A stretch of DNA of 64,000 nucleotides from a virus (IMGVR_UViG_3300029705_000100:1-64000), one strand, 5' to 3'; positions 52,482 through 63,850 are shown, counted from the first letter of the stretch. Notes: generated by a model from the sequence alone, not told the origin. Program-made: numbers and translations.

Positions 52482-52535
52482 CCTGTTTCGGCTCATGCCA
52501 ATCGTCAGCCCACGGACTTCTACCGTGGGGACAGG
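52482..52535 (-). ncRNA. Candidate type III hammerhead ribozyme
   Basis: CCUGUC / stem I CCCACGG-UAGAAGU-CCGUGGG / CUGACGA / UU + stem II GGC-AUGA-GCC / GAAA / CAGG. Confidence 0.7.
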
Positions 52536-53962
52536 TAGCCCATGCTTCCCGTTCACATGGGCAGCCCCCCAGTGTACAGCTTGACACAGAGACTGATTCC
52601 CTAATCCAGACAGAGAAGGGCTGATTCCGTCACCAATCACAGGATTTGAACGGCGTCGCATTGGCGTAATTCCCACCTACTCCCGCCGTCGGTTATCCTG
52701 CCGCATATCACAGCCCATCCAGACAGATGGGGACACCTGTTCCTTGCGACAAACCTATTGCGGGGGCATTGTGCAACCTACACCCACCGTGAGACACTCC
52801 TGTACGTCGTGCCGTGTTTTCGCTGTACACCTATGCAATTTTTTCTCCATGCCCACAATGCAAGCCTTTACTGCGGTCTCCCGCCTATCGCCGCCCATGG
52901 GATTAGGCACAGGCTATAAGGTCGCCACCCGTCAAGCCTTGCACTTGACGCGCCGCCGTTGGTCGGCGTTACCCCGCACACTTGACCATGTGGGCAGGTG
53001 CTACATCAGCCGTAGCCGCTTGAATGGGCATCCCTCCGTTTCGTCGTCGTGGGGTTCTGTGTTCCTGCCGTCCGAGCGGTTTTGACCGCCGCCCTTCCGG
53101 CGAGACCAGTATACACCTGCATTTTTTTCGCCGCCGCCTGTTTGCCGCATGGCGGTCATGTGCGTTTTTTCGCGCTCTTAGGAAATGCGATTTTTTCGGG
53201 CAGTCGGTCGGATTGTCAAAGTGTAACAAAAACAATCTTGAAAAATTTGTGCAACATTCCGAGTTGACAAGTTTTGAAAGTGGGTGCTTCGGCCTATTAA
53301 GCGCGTGTACATGTGCGCGCAGGCGCGTTTGTTGAGAAAATCGGGATTGCGGCGGGCTGTGTGGGGCATGGGCAGGAATGGCGGGAGACGGGAGGACGGC
53401 GGGAGAATTTCGCCGCATGGAGGACGGAAAACGCCGGATTGACAGAACGTGTGTTCGCTGTGTGGGGCATGTACGGCGGGACGGCGAACAGGGACGGCGG
53501 GAGGACGGGCAGAACGTCGGGAGGCTTGACAGGTGCAGGGAGTACAGCAAAAGGGAACATAATACCGTGTTATGTTGCCTTTTACGTCTGAAAAGCAACA
53601 TAACCCAGAAAAACCCCTATGCCTGTGGCACGACATCCTGATTCCGCAATATATAATGAAGAAAGACCGTCCTCAGCTGATCTGAGTCGGTCTTAACTTA
53701 TCTGTATGAAGCTGAATGAAGATGAGAATTTGGATTTCCGTGCTGCAAGAGGCTTGCCCCTTCATTGTGCGGCTCTATTATATATAGAAGAAACTGCTCC
53801 AAAGCAAAGAATCAGATGATAAAAACATCGGGAAATCATCGGAAAACCTCGCAGGATCGAGGGGAATTATCACGATTTCGATGGTATTTTCAATAATTCC
53901 CGATGCATTTCTGTACTCAACTCCGATCGTTTTGTCCGAACGGCTATTGCGGCTATCGAGTA

Positions 53963-54070
53963 CGCGAAATCACTCTTCCGCGTGGAAGTAACATATAGGG
54001 GAAGAGAATGCAATAGATTCTTGTTCAGCCTCGCGAAAAGGTTCCTCAGCGTGGAAGTAACATATTGGGA
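53963..54070 (+). repeat. Two copies of bipartite motif CGCGAAA-N15-GAAGTAA
   Basis: Copies at 53963 and 54032 (69 bp apart). Confidence 0.8.
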
Positions 54071-54349
54071 TGCGGAGTCTGTTTGTTTCGGCATCTGAAA
54101 TATATTCCATAGCCAGAAAATTCTCTGGATTATGTAAAAAATGCTTCGAAATGTCCCTCTTAGATAGTGAGGGGTCGATGGAGAAGATAAGTCCCGAGAT
54201 GAGATGAATGTGTTTTGAATCCTGATGCGTGTCGGAGAAGAGAGTCTCCGGAAGCAAATAGTAGTCTTATAATACTATATAATACAACATACACTCTCCG
54301 GGGACACCCTCTCGTAGTTATGATAAACCCCTTGGCGAGGAGGAACAGC

Positions 54350-56122
54350 GTGGTGAATAAAACAATCGATGAACGGGTATTGGAGAAAATGATCGAGCTG
54401 TATGTGTCCTATCGAGGGCGATACATACTCTGTCTGCCAACCGGAAACATCATCACACCCAAGAGAAAAGACGGTAAGTACAGCTGGCTGTCGAATGCTG
54501 TTTTGAGAAATCACCTTGAACAACAATACGCGGTGGGTGTTTTTGCAGATAATTACGGCAGCAGATTTATATGCTTTGATGTGGATAACGGGAATGCGGA
54601 TACAGTTCATGCAATTATTGATGAACTCGCGGCACTTGGGTTTTCAAGAAGCGACATCCATGTGTCCTTCAGCGGTGGCAAGGGCTATCACGTTGAAGTT
54701 TTCTTTGATGAGTGCATCATTACATACCGTCTGCAGGCACTGTACAGCCATGTAATCACTGCACGAGGCCTTGACCCGCAAAAGGTGGAATTTCGCCCCA
54801 TGAATACAGCGTCTATCAAACTGCCTTTATCAAGACATGCAAAGACCGGCAAAATTTGCTGGTTTGTTGATAGAGACACCCTCGTGCCCATCATGAGACA
54901 GGATTATGTTTTGAGCATTCATCAAATCAGAGCTGCCGAAGTAAAAGCGCTGATCCCCGAATGCCCTGTTATCACACCAAGAAGCCAGGAGACGAAGATC
55001 CATTCAGAAAAAGGCTGTTCATCTCCGGAAACCAGAGACCTTGGCACAACGCTTGAACAGGTGGGTACGCGGCACAACATGATGCGCAACATTGCGGTAT
55101 TCAAGCGGACGCATGGGGCAAGCCGGGAGGAATGTGAAACTGCATTGCATGAATGGATTGAAGCACAGGATTCCCAGTATTACAAGTCGTCACAACGGGA
55201 TATCCGCCGAGACATCGATGAGCTGATCGCCTGGGTATACTCAGAGCGTTTTGTGCTCCAGAAAGCAGCAAGCGTTGATTCGACAGTTTTGCGTACCTCC
55301 ATGTTAGAAGGCTTGCTTGCGCAGAATACCCGTACTGCCAGAAGACTGTACTTTTTGTTTCTGGTCCGCTGTCGGATGCAGCAGCCCAGAATGTCGCTGA
55401 AGGATGCCGGCAAAGCTATTGGCGCCAGCGTTCCAACCGTTGTCAAGGGCATTCGTGCTCTGACGGAAGGCCAGCATATTGAGGTTGTTGAAGGTAAGAG
55501 ATTAAGTCTGGGCAACGGAGTATTTACCGCCGAGTGCCGTAGCTACGTTGTTCCTCATTCTGGCGGAAACCGTGATGAGCTGTGCATAACCATTACCATG
55601 CGTGAACTCATTTTTGACTTCAATGCCTGTTATCATAAGGTTTTGCATGCATAGATCGCCCAGAATGTGCTCAAAGAAAGCCTGACTCGCTCTGAGTGGG
55701 AAGAATATCTGGAGTATCTGAGCTATGTAAATGGCGAAGTGACAGATATGGAGACCAGCAGACGGATCGACCTGATTGCCACAAAGCAGACACTGAGTCA
55801 TAAGGCCTTCGGGAAAATTGATGTATTTGACCTGGGCGACAGATTGCTGTATCCGGCTTATGACGTTGGCTGCAAACTGCATCTGGCACATCCCAGCGCA
55901 TTGGGCAGTGAATGCACGGACAAGGAATCATGGTGGATTCGTGTGAAGCGGTGTGTGCTGAAAAACGGCGTAACGTCCTATCAGGTGCTGCGTAAGAACT
56001 TCATACCGGCAGAGGACGTCAGGAGGCTGGCGCGATCGTCAAACGATCCGCAGGCGATGGACATTTGTGACTGGATACTGTCACTCGAATCCATACAGGA
56101 GGACGATGAAAATGAGAAATGA
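54350..56122 (+). CDS. Archaeo-eukaryotic primase-like replication protein (PriCT-like region), read through TAG into a Bro-N-like domain
   Basis: FICFDVD, SFSGGKGYHV, KLPL, RHNMM; GAGGAGG RBS; TAG at 55652-4 in frame with ORF 55667-56122. Confidence 0.7.
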
Positions 56123-56513
56123 GTCAGAGTGGGCATACCTGCCCCTGAGTGAAGAGCGCGTTGTGGCGCAGTAGCTGAAGAACCGGTGTAAACTGGATGC
56201 AGCGTATGATGCCCGACAGCAAAGTGGGACGTCTCTGGATTCACAGGGAGGATATGGATAGGCTGAGGCTGTGTAGTGTACCTACATGGATCTGGATCGC
56301 CTGATTGCCGCATGCGATATTCCTGATGACATGATGAGTACGCTGACGTTGGTGATGGACGGCTATTCGCTTCGTGATATTGCAGAGCTGCATGAACGGG
56401 AAGTGAAAGCAGTGGAACGGGAATTCAGAAACGCTGTGTCCCTGATTGTACGCAATAACAATCAGGCATGGGTGAATACGTACACGCGAAAAAGAGCTCC
56501 AGATCAGAAGTAA
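56112..56513 (+). CDS. Sigma-region-4-like HTH regulator (3 in-frame TAG)
   Basis: MRNESEW...VVAQ*LKNR...G*AEAV*CTYMDLDRLI...GYSLRDIAE; TAG at 56172, 56259, 56274. Confidence 0.7.
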
Positions 56514-56663
56514 CGTTTATGGGAAAGAGCCTTTGAAAAAAGTTGAAAGCTATGCGCGAAATATACCTGTATGTCAGAAGTAACATTTATGGGGAAAGGA
56601 GTCGGCAGAAAAGCTGAAGTTCCCGCGCGAAATACTTCCGCTGGCCGGAAGTAAAGTTTAGGG
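56485..56663 (+). repeat. Three copies of bipartite motif CGCGAAA-N15-GAAGTAA
   Basis: Copies at 56485, 56555, 56626 (70 and 71 bp apart), ending at the RBS of the late-operon lead gene. Confidence 0.85.
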
Positions 56664-56675
56664 AGGAGGATGAAC

Positions 56676-57404
56676 GTGGCAACACGTTATGGAATCACAT
56701 AGCCCAATGGCGTTAGATTTACGCTTTTGTATAACGAGGATCAGAGCAAGATCGAGCTTATAGAGGAGCTGATCCTGAAATACTGGTCAAACTACTGTCT
56801 TAGGAATTGGCTCAGTGATAACCATGAGCAGCCATACTCACCGGAAATAAAGGTGAAGAGGCTGCTGGATCGCTGCGGTACACTTCTCCTGCGCGATGTG
56901 CCTCCGGACGAGAGAGACACCTTGACGAGCTACAAGGAAATGGTTGTGGGTAGCAGAGAAATCAATGTTTCAGACTGCCCGGAGGCTATTGCGGAAATGC
57001 TGGAAAGCGGCTGCGTTCAGTTGAACAGGCTGACGCCCGACGACCGGCTGAGATATGAGCTTCTGACAGATAAGCTTGATGAACGCATCGGCGCACAGAA
57101 AAAGAAAGTTGCTCGCGCGAGACCGTCAACGCGGTTCGAGCGCTTGGAAGCAATCCGGAACGCTTTTCAAGGCTGCACGATTCATGGCTGCAGGGTGGAT
57201 ACGGATGGATGCTTCGAACATAATGGCGCTGTTTATCAGGTGGACAGTACGGAAGGAAAATACGCCCCGCATAAAACGCGGTATGGCGATCAGTATGACA
57301 TGGACAGGATCATCGTAATCGAAGTTCCGGACGGTGGCGTACACTTTGCTGATCAGGACGGATATCTGATGGACGATGCGATGATCGCTGTGCTAACGAG
57401 GTGA
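56676..57404 (+). CDS. Hypothetical protein (TAG at codon 9)
   Basis: GGAGGAGG RBS, MATRYGIT*PNG; TAG at 56700-2. Confidence 0.75.
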
Positions 57405-57408
57405 GAGA

Positions 57409-58560
57409 ATGAATGATAAGCGCGATCTGATTCGCGAAATGTACAGCAAGGCGATCGGCGCATCTGATCTCGATTGGTCGGAGATTGCCGAGCAGTCCGG
57501 ATGCGGATAGCACCCGGATCAGCTCCGCAAGATGGGCGCGGGCATTAAGCTGGCCGCAGATAATGGAATGCTTGCTTAGTATCCGGAGGAAGAAAACAAG
57601 CTGGACAATGTACAACAGCTTCGTGATCTTCGTAATGAGATCAACGAGACCTATAGAGCAAAATCCCGCAGCGAGGCGCTGCGGGATGCTGTTGTTCATG
57701 CGGTGAAGACCATGCCGCCCATGACTGTGCTGCCTGCGGATGAGAAGTATTCCATCGGCAAGCGTACGCTGGTACTCTGCATTGCAGACTGCCACTTTGG
57801 TGCAGAGTGGACGGTGCGCGGCCTTCGCGGCGAGGTACTGAACAGCTATACGCCCGAGGTGTTCTTTGAGCGCATGTCCATGCTACTGTTCCAGACCAGA
57901 CTGATTCTGGAGAAGGAGCAGATTGGCGACGTTCAGCTCCTGATCTGCGGCGACAGTCTGGACGGCATGCTGAGAGCCAGCCAGCTCATGAAGCTGCGCT
58001 GGGGCGTAGTTGAAAGCTGCATGCGCTTTTCGGAATATATGGCGCAGTGGATCAACGAACTGTCCAGATATGCTACTGTATCTGTCTGCGGCGTTGACGG
58101 CAATCACACCGAGACCCGCAGTCTGAACAGTAAACGCGGTGATTTTCCCGGCGAGAATCTGGAGAAAGTAATCTTCTGGTTCCTGAATGAACGTTTGAAG
58201 GATAATGCCAATGTAATCGTCGATGGTGTGACCGAACAGCAGAAGCACTTGAGCGTTCAGGGCTGCAGCATCCTGCTGACGCACGGAACTGATGTCCGGA
58301 TGATGGAAAAAGCGGCAAGACAGTCGATGCTTCTCTACAACGAGGGTATCGACTTCTTTATCTGCGGACATAAGCACCGCGAGCAGGAATGTGTTTCCGG
58401 CTATACGGATCAGGGCAACTCGGTAATCGTTCGTGTTCCCAGTATTTGTGGTATGGATGAATACGCACAACAGCTTGGATACGGCGGTCGCCCGGGGGCT
58501 ATGGCGATGGTTCTGGAAGCCGGCTATGGCAGGCGTTGCGTCTATCCCATCAACTTGTAA
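57409..58560 (+). CDS. Calcineurin-like metallophosphoesterase (2 in-frame TAG)
   Basis: IADCHFG, CGDSLDG, DGNH, THG, CGHKH; TAG at 57508 and 57577. Confidence 0.85.
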
Positions 58561-58572
58561 CGGAGGGATAAG

Positions 58573-59493
58573 ATGGCAACTGGAACGAAGCTGAAGGGGC
58601 GAAAGATCACTTCCAAGATGTGCGTCAAGTGCGGAAAGGTGCTGCCTCTTGACAAGTTCTATGCGAACAAGGACTGGGCGGCACAGTCCTATCATGACGC
58701 ATGGTGCAAGGATTGTGCATCGAAGTGCAGCATCAGCAAAGAAGGCGCACGCGAGTTCTGCTGGTACAATAATCGCCGGTGGTCTGATGCATACTGGGAC
58801 ATGGCCGTAAAGAAATCGGCCTACGCGCTGGCCAATGATCCTGATTATCTTGCAGCACGGGACGATGCAAAGCGCGAAGATCTGGAGAACCGTACTGCAG
58901 GCAAATACTTTTTCAGCATCATGAACCTTGGCAACGTATATCAATACTCTGCAAACATCGACACCGATGGCGCATACCGCGAATTCAATCCGGATTCAAC
59001 GGCTGGCACGGTTACGCGAGACGATTCAGGGGCTTTCCTTGATGACGGCGAGCTGATCTACAGCCGCGAATGGAACGGCATGTATACCCAGCGTGAGATT
59101 GACTATCTGGATGATTACTATGCCCGGTAGGAAGAAGGATTCGTGTTGGACAATCAGAATATCCAGGACTACGCCAGGAAATCTGCAAAGGCGTCGCTGG
59201 ACGCAGATATCAAATACAGCAAGATGCGCCACGGTCAAGCATCTGTCAACGAATGGAAAGAGGCACAGGCGATCTTCGATAACCTCTCGAAATCGGCGAA
59301 CTTCGCAGCCTGTAAGCGCAAGCCCGGCGATATGGCTGGCCTTGGTTCGTTGGGCGCAATCGTTGCCAAGATCGAGATGAGCGGTGAACTGGACACGCCC
59401 ATGGTGGAATTTCCTCCTGACGACATCGATAGGATCATCGCGGACTTCCGGCATACAGTCGCTGCTGTCGGACTTGAGCAGGTGGTTGTATGA
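58573..59493 (+). CDS. Zinc-ribbon protein preceding terminase, possible small terminase (1 in-frame TAG)
   Basis: CVKCGK..CKDC; YYAR*EEGFVLDNQ with TAG at 59128-30. Confidence 0.65.
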
Positions 59494-61142
59494 TATAGAC
59501 GCAAATCAGAGACATTCGGGATGTGAAGTTGTGGGCAATGCAGATTCACTTCTGGAGGACACATCTGGATGTGTTCATTGAGGAATACTTCCATATCAAG
59601 CTCAAGGATACGCAGCGCGTGGTTGCCCGGCAGTTTGGCAATGCGGATACCCTCATGGTGGTCAAGAGCCGCGGCTATGGCAAGACATGGCTGACAGCAT
59701 AGTGCTGTATTGCGGTTGGAGTGCTGTATCCCGGCAGTCTAATTGCTGTTGTCTCGGGCACCGCTGAACAGGCAACCCTGATCGTTAAGAAGATTCAGGA
59801 TTACTTTGTTCGGAATCCCGAGATCATGCGTGAGATTCAGACGGACAGTCATCGTCCTGTGCAGCTGTCCCGAAACAAGGGTATCTGTACTCTGAAGAAC
59901 GGTTCGAAGATCGAGAGCTTTTCGGTCGGCACCATGCGAGGCAATCGTGCCAAAATCGTGGTGATCGACGAATCGCCTGAGGTCAAGGCAGACGACCTGG
60001 ATGCGGTCATCGGTCCTGTCCGCAACACCAAGCGCGATATCTGTCATCAACGCGGGATTAAGGACTATACCAGTAAGACTATTTCGATCACGTCCGCCTG
60101 CCTGAAGAGCAACTATTTCTACGCCATGTTCATGGCAGCTTTGAAGGAGTTTTCCAAGGGCAGCACATCCAACTTCGCGTGCGCACTGGATTATCAGAGT
60201 GCGGCGCGTGTCGGAATTACAGATTTAGACTTCTTCCTGAAGGAACAGAAAAAGATGCCCGAAGCAAAGTTTGCTATGGAATATGGCAGCTGCTTCGTGG
60301 GCGCGGAATCTGGCTCTATGTTCCCATATGATCTGACGGAGAACTGCAGAACGCTCAGACAGGTCGAGGTAGTGCAGCCGACCAGTTGCACCTCAGATTA
60401 CGTCATGGGCGTTGACCTTGCAACCTCCAGCAAAAGACTGGCGGATAATGCCGTGATCACGGTCGTCAAGCTGGTCGAGATGGAAAACGGAAACTACCTC
60501 AAGAGAGTGGTCTACATGCGGTCCTATCACGGTAAACGCTTGGATGCACTGGCTGAAGAGGTGCGTCGAACCTATGCGAAGTTTCCGAGGATCATCAAGA
60601 TTGTATTCGACCATCGCGGTTTGGGTGATGCGCTGCCCGAATTCCTTTCGCAGCCATGGACAGATGACAACGGTAAGGAATATCCCCCGTGGACGCTGGA
60701 CGACAGTAAGTCGTTCATACATAATGCGGTGCCGATCCTTCGCAGCGTCAAGGCCAATCCACAGATCAATCAGCAGCTTGTTTCGTGCCTACGTGTGGCA
60801 TAGGAACAAGGTTCGATTGAACTGCCCGTGAATTCCAGGTATGCGGAAACACCGCCTGATGAAGACGGTGAAGAAGAATCGGTAAAACAGAAAAAACTGA
60901 CGCTGCAGGAAAAAGCGATCTTTCTGGAGGGAGATGCACTGCAGATTGAGATGGGCAATATCATCATGAAGACCGGCACAGGCGGAACGATTCTGTATGA
61001 TGTGGCTCGTGCCAACCAGCACAAGGACAGATACTCAGCGCTTTCAATGGCAGTGCGCTTCATCGCTGAATTGGAAGATGAGCGAAAACGCAAAATGCTC
61101 AGGCCGAAGAATAACTTTATCGGTGTCGTGAGCAGAATCTGA
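59490..61142 (+). CDS. terL: Terminase large subunit (3 in-frame TAG)
   Basis: SRGYGKT Walker A, VVIDES Walker B, GVDLA, HKDRYSAL; TAG at 59496, 59700, 60801. Confidence 0.92.
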
Positions 61143-61155
61143 TGGGAGGAATACA

Positions 61156-62700
61156 ATGGGATGGTTTGATAGATAGAGAAAGACCCCTCAGCCGCGGGAC
61201 GAGCCCAGACAGGCGAAGAGCGTAGATATCGCTGTGGGTGCAAAGGATGACGGCAATGGTACGATGACTTATAATGATAAGTCCATTACCTACACCGGCG
61301 ACCTTGCGAGCTATGACTATGACAGCATCCTTCGGGATAAACAGCGCAATATCAACAGCCTGTTTGAACTGAGCGACTACTATGTAGACGCCGATCCAAT
61401 CTACCGTGGTATCATCAGGGGGGTGTATGTACCCTTCAGCGTTGCGGATGACTGGAGGCTGATCGGCGCAAACGAGCAGACCAAGGAAAAATACGAAGAG
61501 TACTATGAACGTATCGGCCTTGCGGATCGCGCCAGAAGCATCTATTACCAGTATTACAAATACGGCAATGTGTATGTTTACCTGCTGGAGGATGGCAGGA
61601 TGATTACGCTTCCGGTGCATCTGATCCGCATTGCGAACGTCATGATCGGTAACGAGCCGGTACTGGAGTTCAACTGCAAATCCGTCCGCGACGATATGCG
61701 GCAGCAGGGCGTCAAGGCGCAGAAGGATTTTCTGGAGGATGAGGATCTGGAAGTTCGACTGGAAGGTTTTCCACCCGAGGTTGCGGAGGCAATCAAGAAG
61801 GGCTCCGACTGGGTGCAGCTGAATCCGGAGAATACGTTCTGCATGCAGGACTTCAAGGAGGACTGGACGCGGTACGCTATTCCCATGGTCGCCACCTGCC
61901 TGGGTGCATTTCGCAGGAAGGCACTGATCGCACAGTATGAATCGGCGTAGCTGAATCTGGGCGCGCACAGCTTTGTTCATGTGACCTATGGTGACAGTAA
62001 ATCGGACATTATGCCAGATATCACTGCACTCAATGCAGTCAACGCACTGTTCCGCAGGGCGATGACCGGTTCTGCGCTGGCGACGACCAACCATCTGTGT
62101 AAGGCGGAGGTCATTCAGCCGAACCTGAACGAGATGTTCTCGGATGACAAGTACCGGGATGTCAATGCAGAAATCTTGTCCGCAGGCGGCATCTCTGGTA
62201 TTATTGTCTCCGGCCGCGCTGAGGACGGCAGCAATTTTGCTTCAGCTCAAGTCTCCATGCAGACTGCTGCGATCCGCATCAAGCAGGCGCGGGATAATTT
62301 CTGCGAGCTCATGGATAAGATCAACCTGCGGCTCAACGGCAGAGGACGTGGCGGCGTAACGCACAGCCGCCCGGAAAATGTGCCGCGCTTTACCTATCCG
62401 CCTGTGGATCTGGCTAACAGTCATAAGTTTCAGGAAGTATGTCTGAAGCTGTGGGAAGCCGGCGTTGTTTCTACCAAGACCATGCTGCAGACTCACGGAT
62501 ATGATATGGATCAGGAAGTGGAGCGTATGAAGCATGAGCCTGCCAGAGATAAGGATGGCAAAGAGAATCATGATTCTTCCGCGTCCGGAGGCGGCAAGGT
62601 TGGCCGCCCGGAGATGGATGACACTGAGCGCAGCTCTGACCCGTTGAAATCGCAGACAGGTGCGCAGCCGAAGCCCTCAAACCCCGAAGGAAGTTAGTAA
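61156..62700 (+). CDS. Portal protein (2 in-frame TAG; ends TAG-TAA)
   Basis: MGWFDR*R start with GGGAGGA RBS; follows terminase; TAG at 61174 and 61948. Confidence 0.8.
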
Positions 62701-62712
62701 GAGGAGGATACA

Positions 62713-63828
62713 ATGAATAAGGTATCTTTTATGGCACCGCGGGTGATGATGGCGGCAACTGAGCAGAACGATATTTACATGACTGTCGTGATGCGCATGT
62801 TCTCCACGGCGCCCAACAGAAACGGCTTTGCTGTGAGCGAAGCATTTATCGACAATATCGTTGCCAATGCGGCGAAGTACACCTGTCTTCCGTAGTGCGC
62901 GGACGCTGGTCGCCTGAGAAACGGCGGCATGGACGGCTTGACACACCGATTGAACAAGACCTCCGGCATCTTTGAGAGCGAGCAGATCGGCTCGTTCTTT
63001 TCTTTTGCCAAGGAGATTGACAACGGCGTGATCAGCCTACTTGGCGAAGCGAGAATTCCCAAGAGAAATCCGATGCTTTGTGAAACGCTCATGCGGCTGT
63101 ATGAGGCTGGCGCACTGAATTTCTCGTTTGAGATACTGGTAGGCAATGCCACCCAGATGGATGGCGTCACGCTGATCGACGCTGTAGAAGGCAACGAACT
63201 GATTGGCATGGCGGTGGTTACGACTCCCGCTTGCCCCGAGGCGACAGCGATCAAGCTGATCGCCGAAGATGAAAACGATAACGATGATGACAGAGAGGAT
63301 GAAGAGGAAATGGACGAGAAGGATAAGAAGATCGCCGAACTGGAAGGCAAGCTTCAGTAGGCTGAGCAGAAGGCGACCAATGATGAAGAGCTCCGTAAGA
63401 AGGACGAGGAGCTTACCAAAGAAAAGGAGCAGCGCGAAAGGGCTGAGGCTGAGCTGACCGAGGCAACCGGCAAGCTGACCGAAGCGGAAACCCAGCTGGC
63501 AGAAAAGGATACCCGCATTGCTGAACTGGAGGCGCAGGTATCCGAGCTCGACCCCATCAAGGCTGAGGTCGAGCAGCTGCGTGCTGACAAGGCTGCCGCT
63601 GAACTGGCTGCCAAGCAGCAAGAACTGACCCGATTTGCGGAAGCTCAGGGTCTGGACGCCAAGGAAGCGGCTATCGCCGAAGCGATCCAGAAGGCAGACT
63701 ATGCTGCTCTGGTTGCTGAATCCATGAAGAAGGAAAAGACCGAGACCAAGCCTGTCGTCGCATCCTACGCCATGGGCGGCGGCATTACTGCCAAGGGCGA
63801 ATACGATGACCTGCTGGGCAAGGCCTGA
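62713..63828 (+). CDS. Prohead protease with C-terminal coiled-coil scaffold (2 in-frame TAG)
   Basis: NRNG...LP*CAD...FSFEI...GMAVVTTPA then acidic coiled coil; TAG at 62893 and 63358. Confidence 0.78.
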
Positions 63829-63850
63829 TGATGAATAGGAGGAATGAGAT

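Noticed and set aside
52744-53641. Overlapping Arg/Pro-rich ORFs in the divergence region
   Set aside because: Low-complexity translations without RBS or recognisable motifs
53970-54257. Minus-strand ORF with repeated ICYFHAEE peptide
   Set aside because: By-product of the bipartite DNA repeats; no RBS
642-63828. Prophage decay (nonsense mutations) as the cause of fragmented genes
   Set aside because: All 38 traced interruptions are TAG, none is a TAA/TGA or frameshift, and a matching CUA tRNA is present
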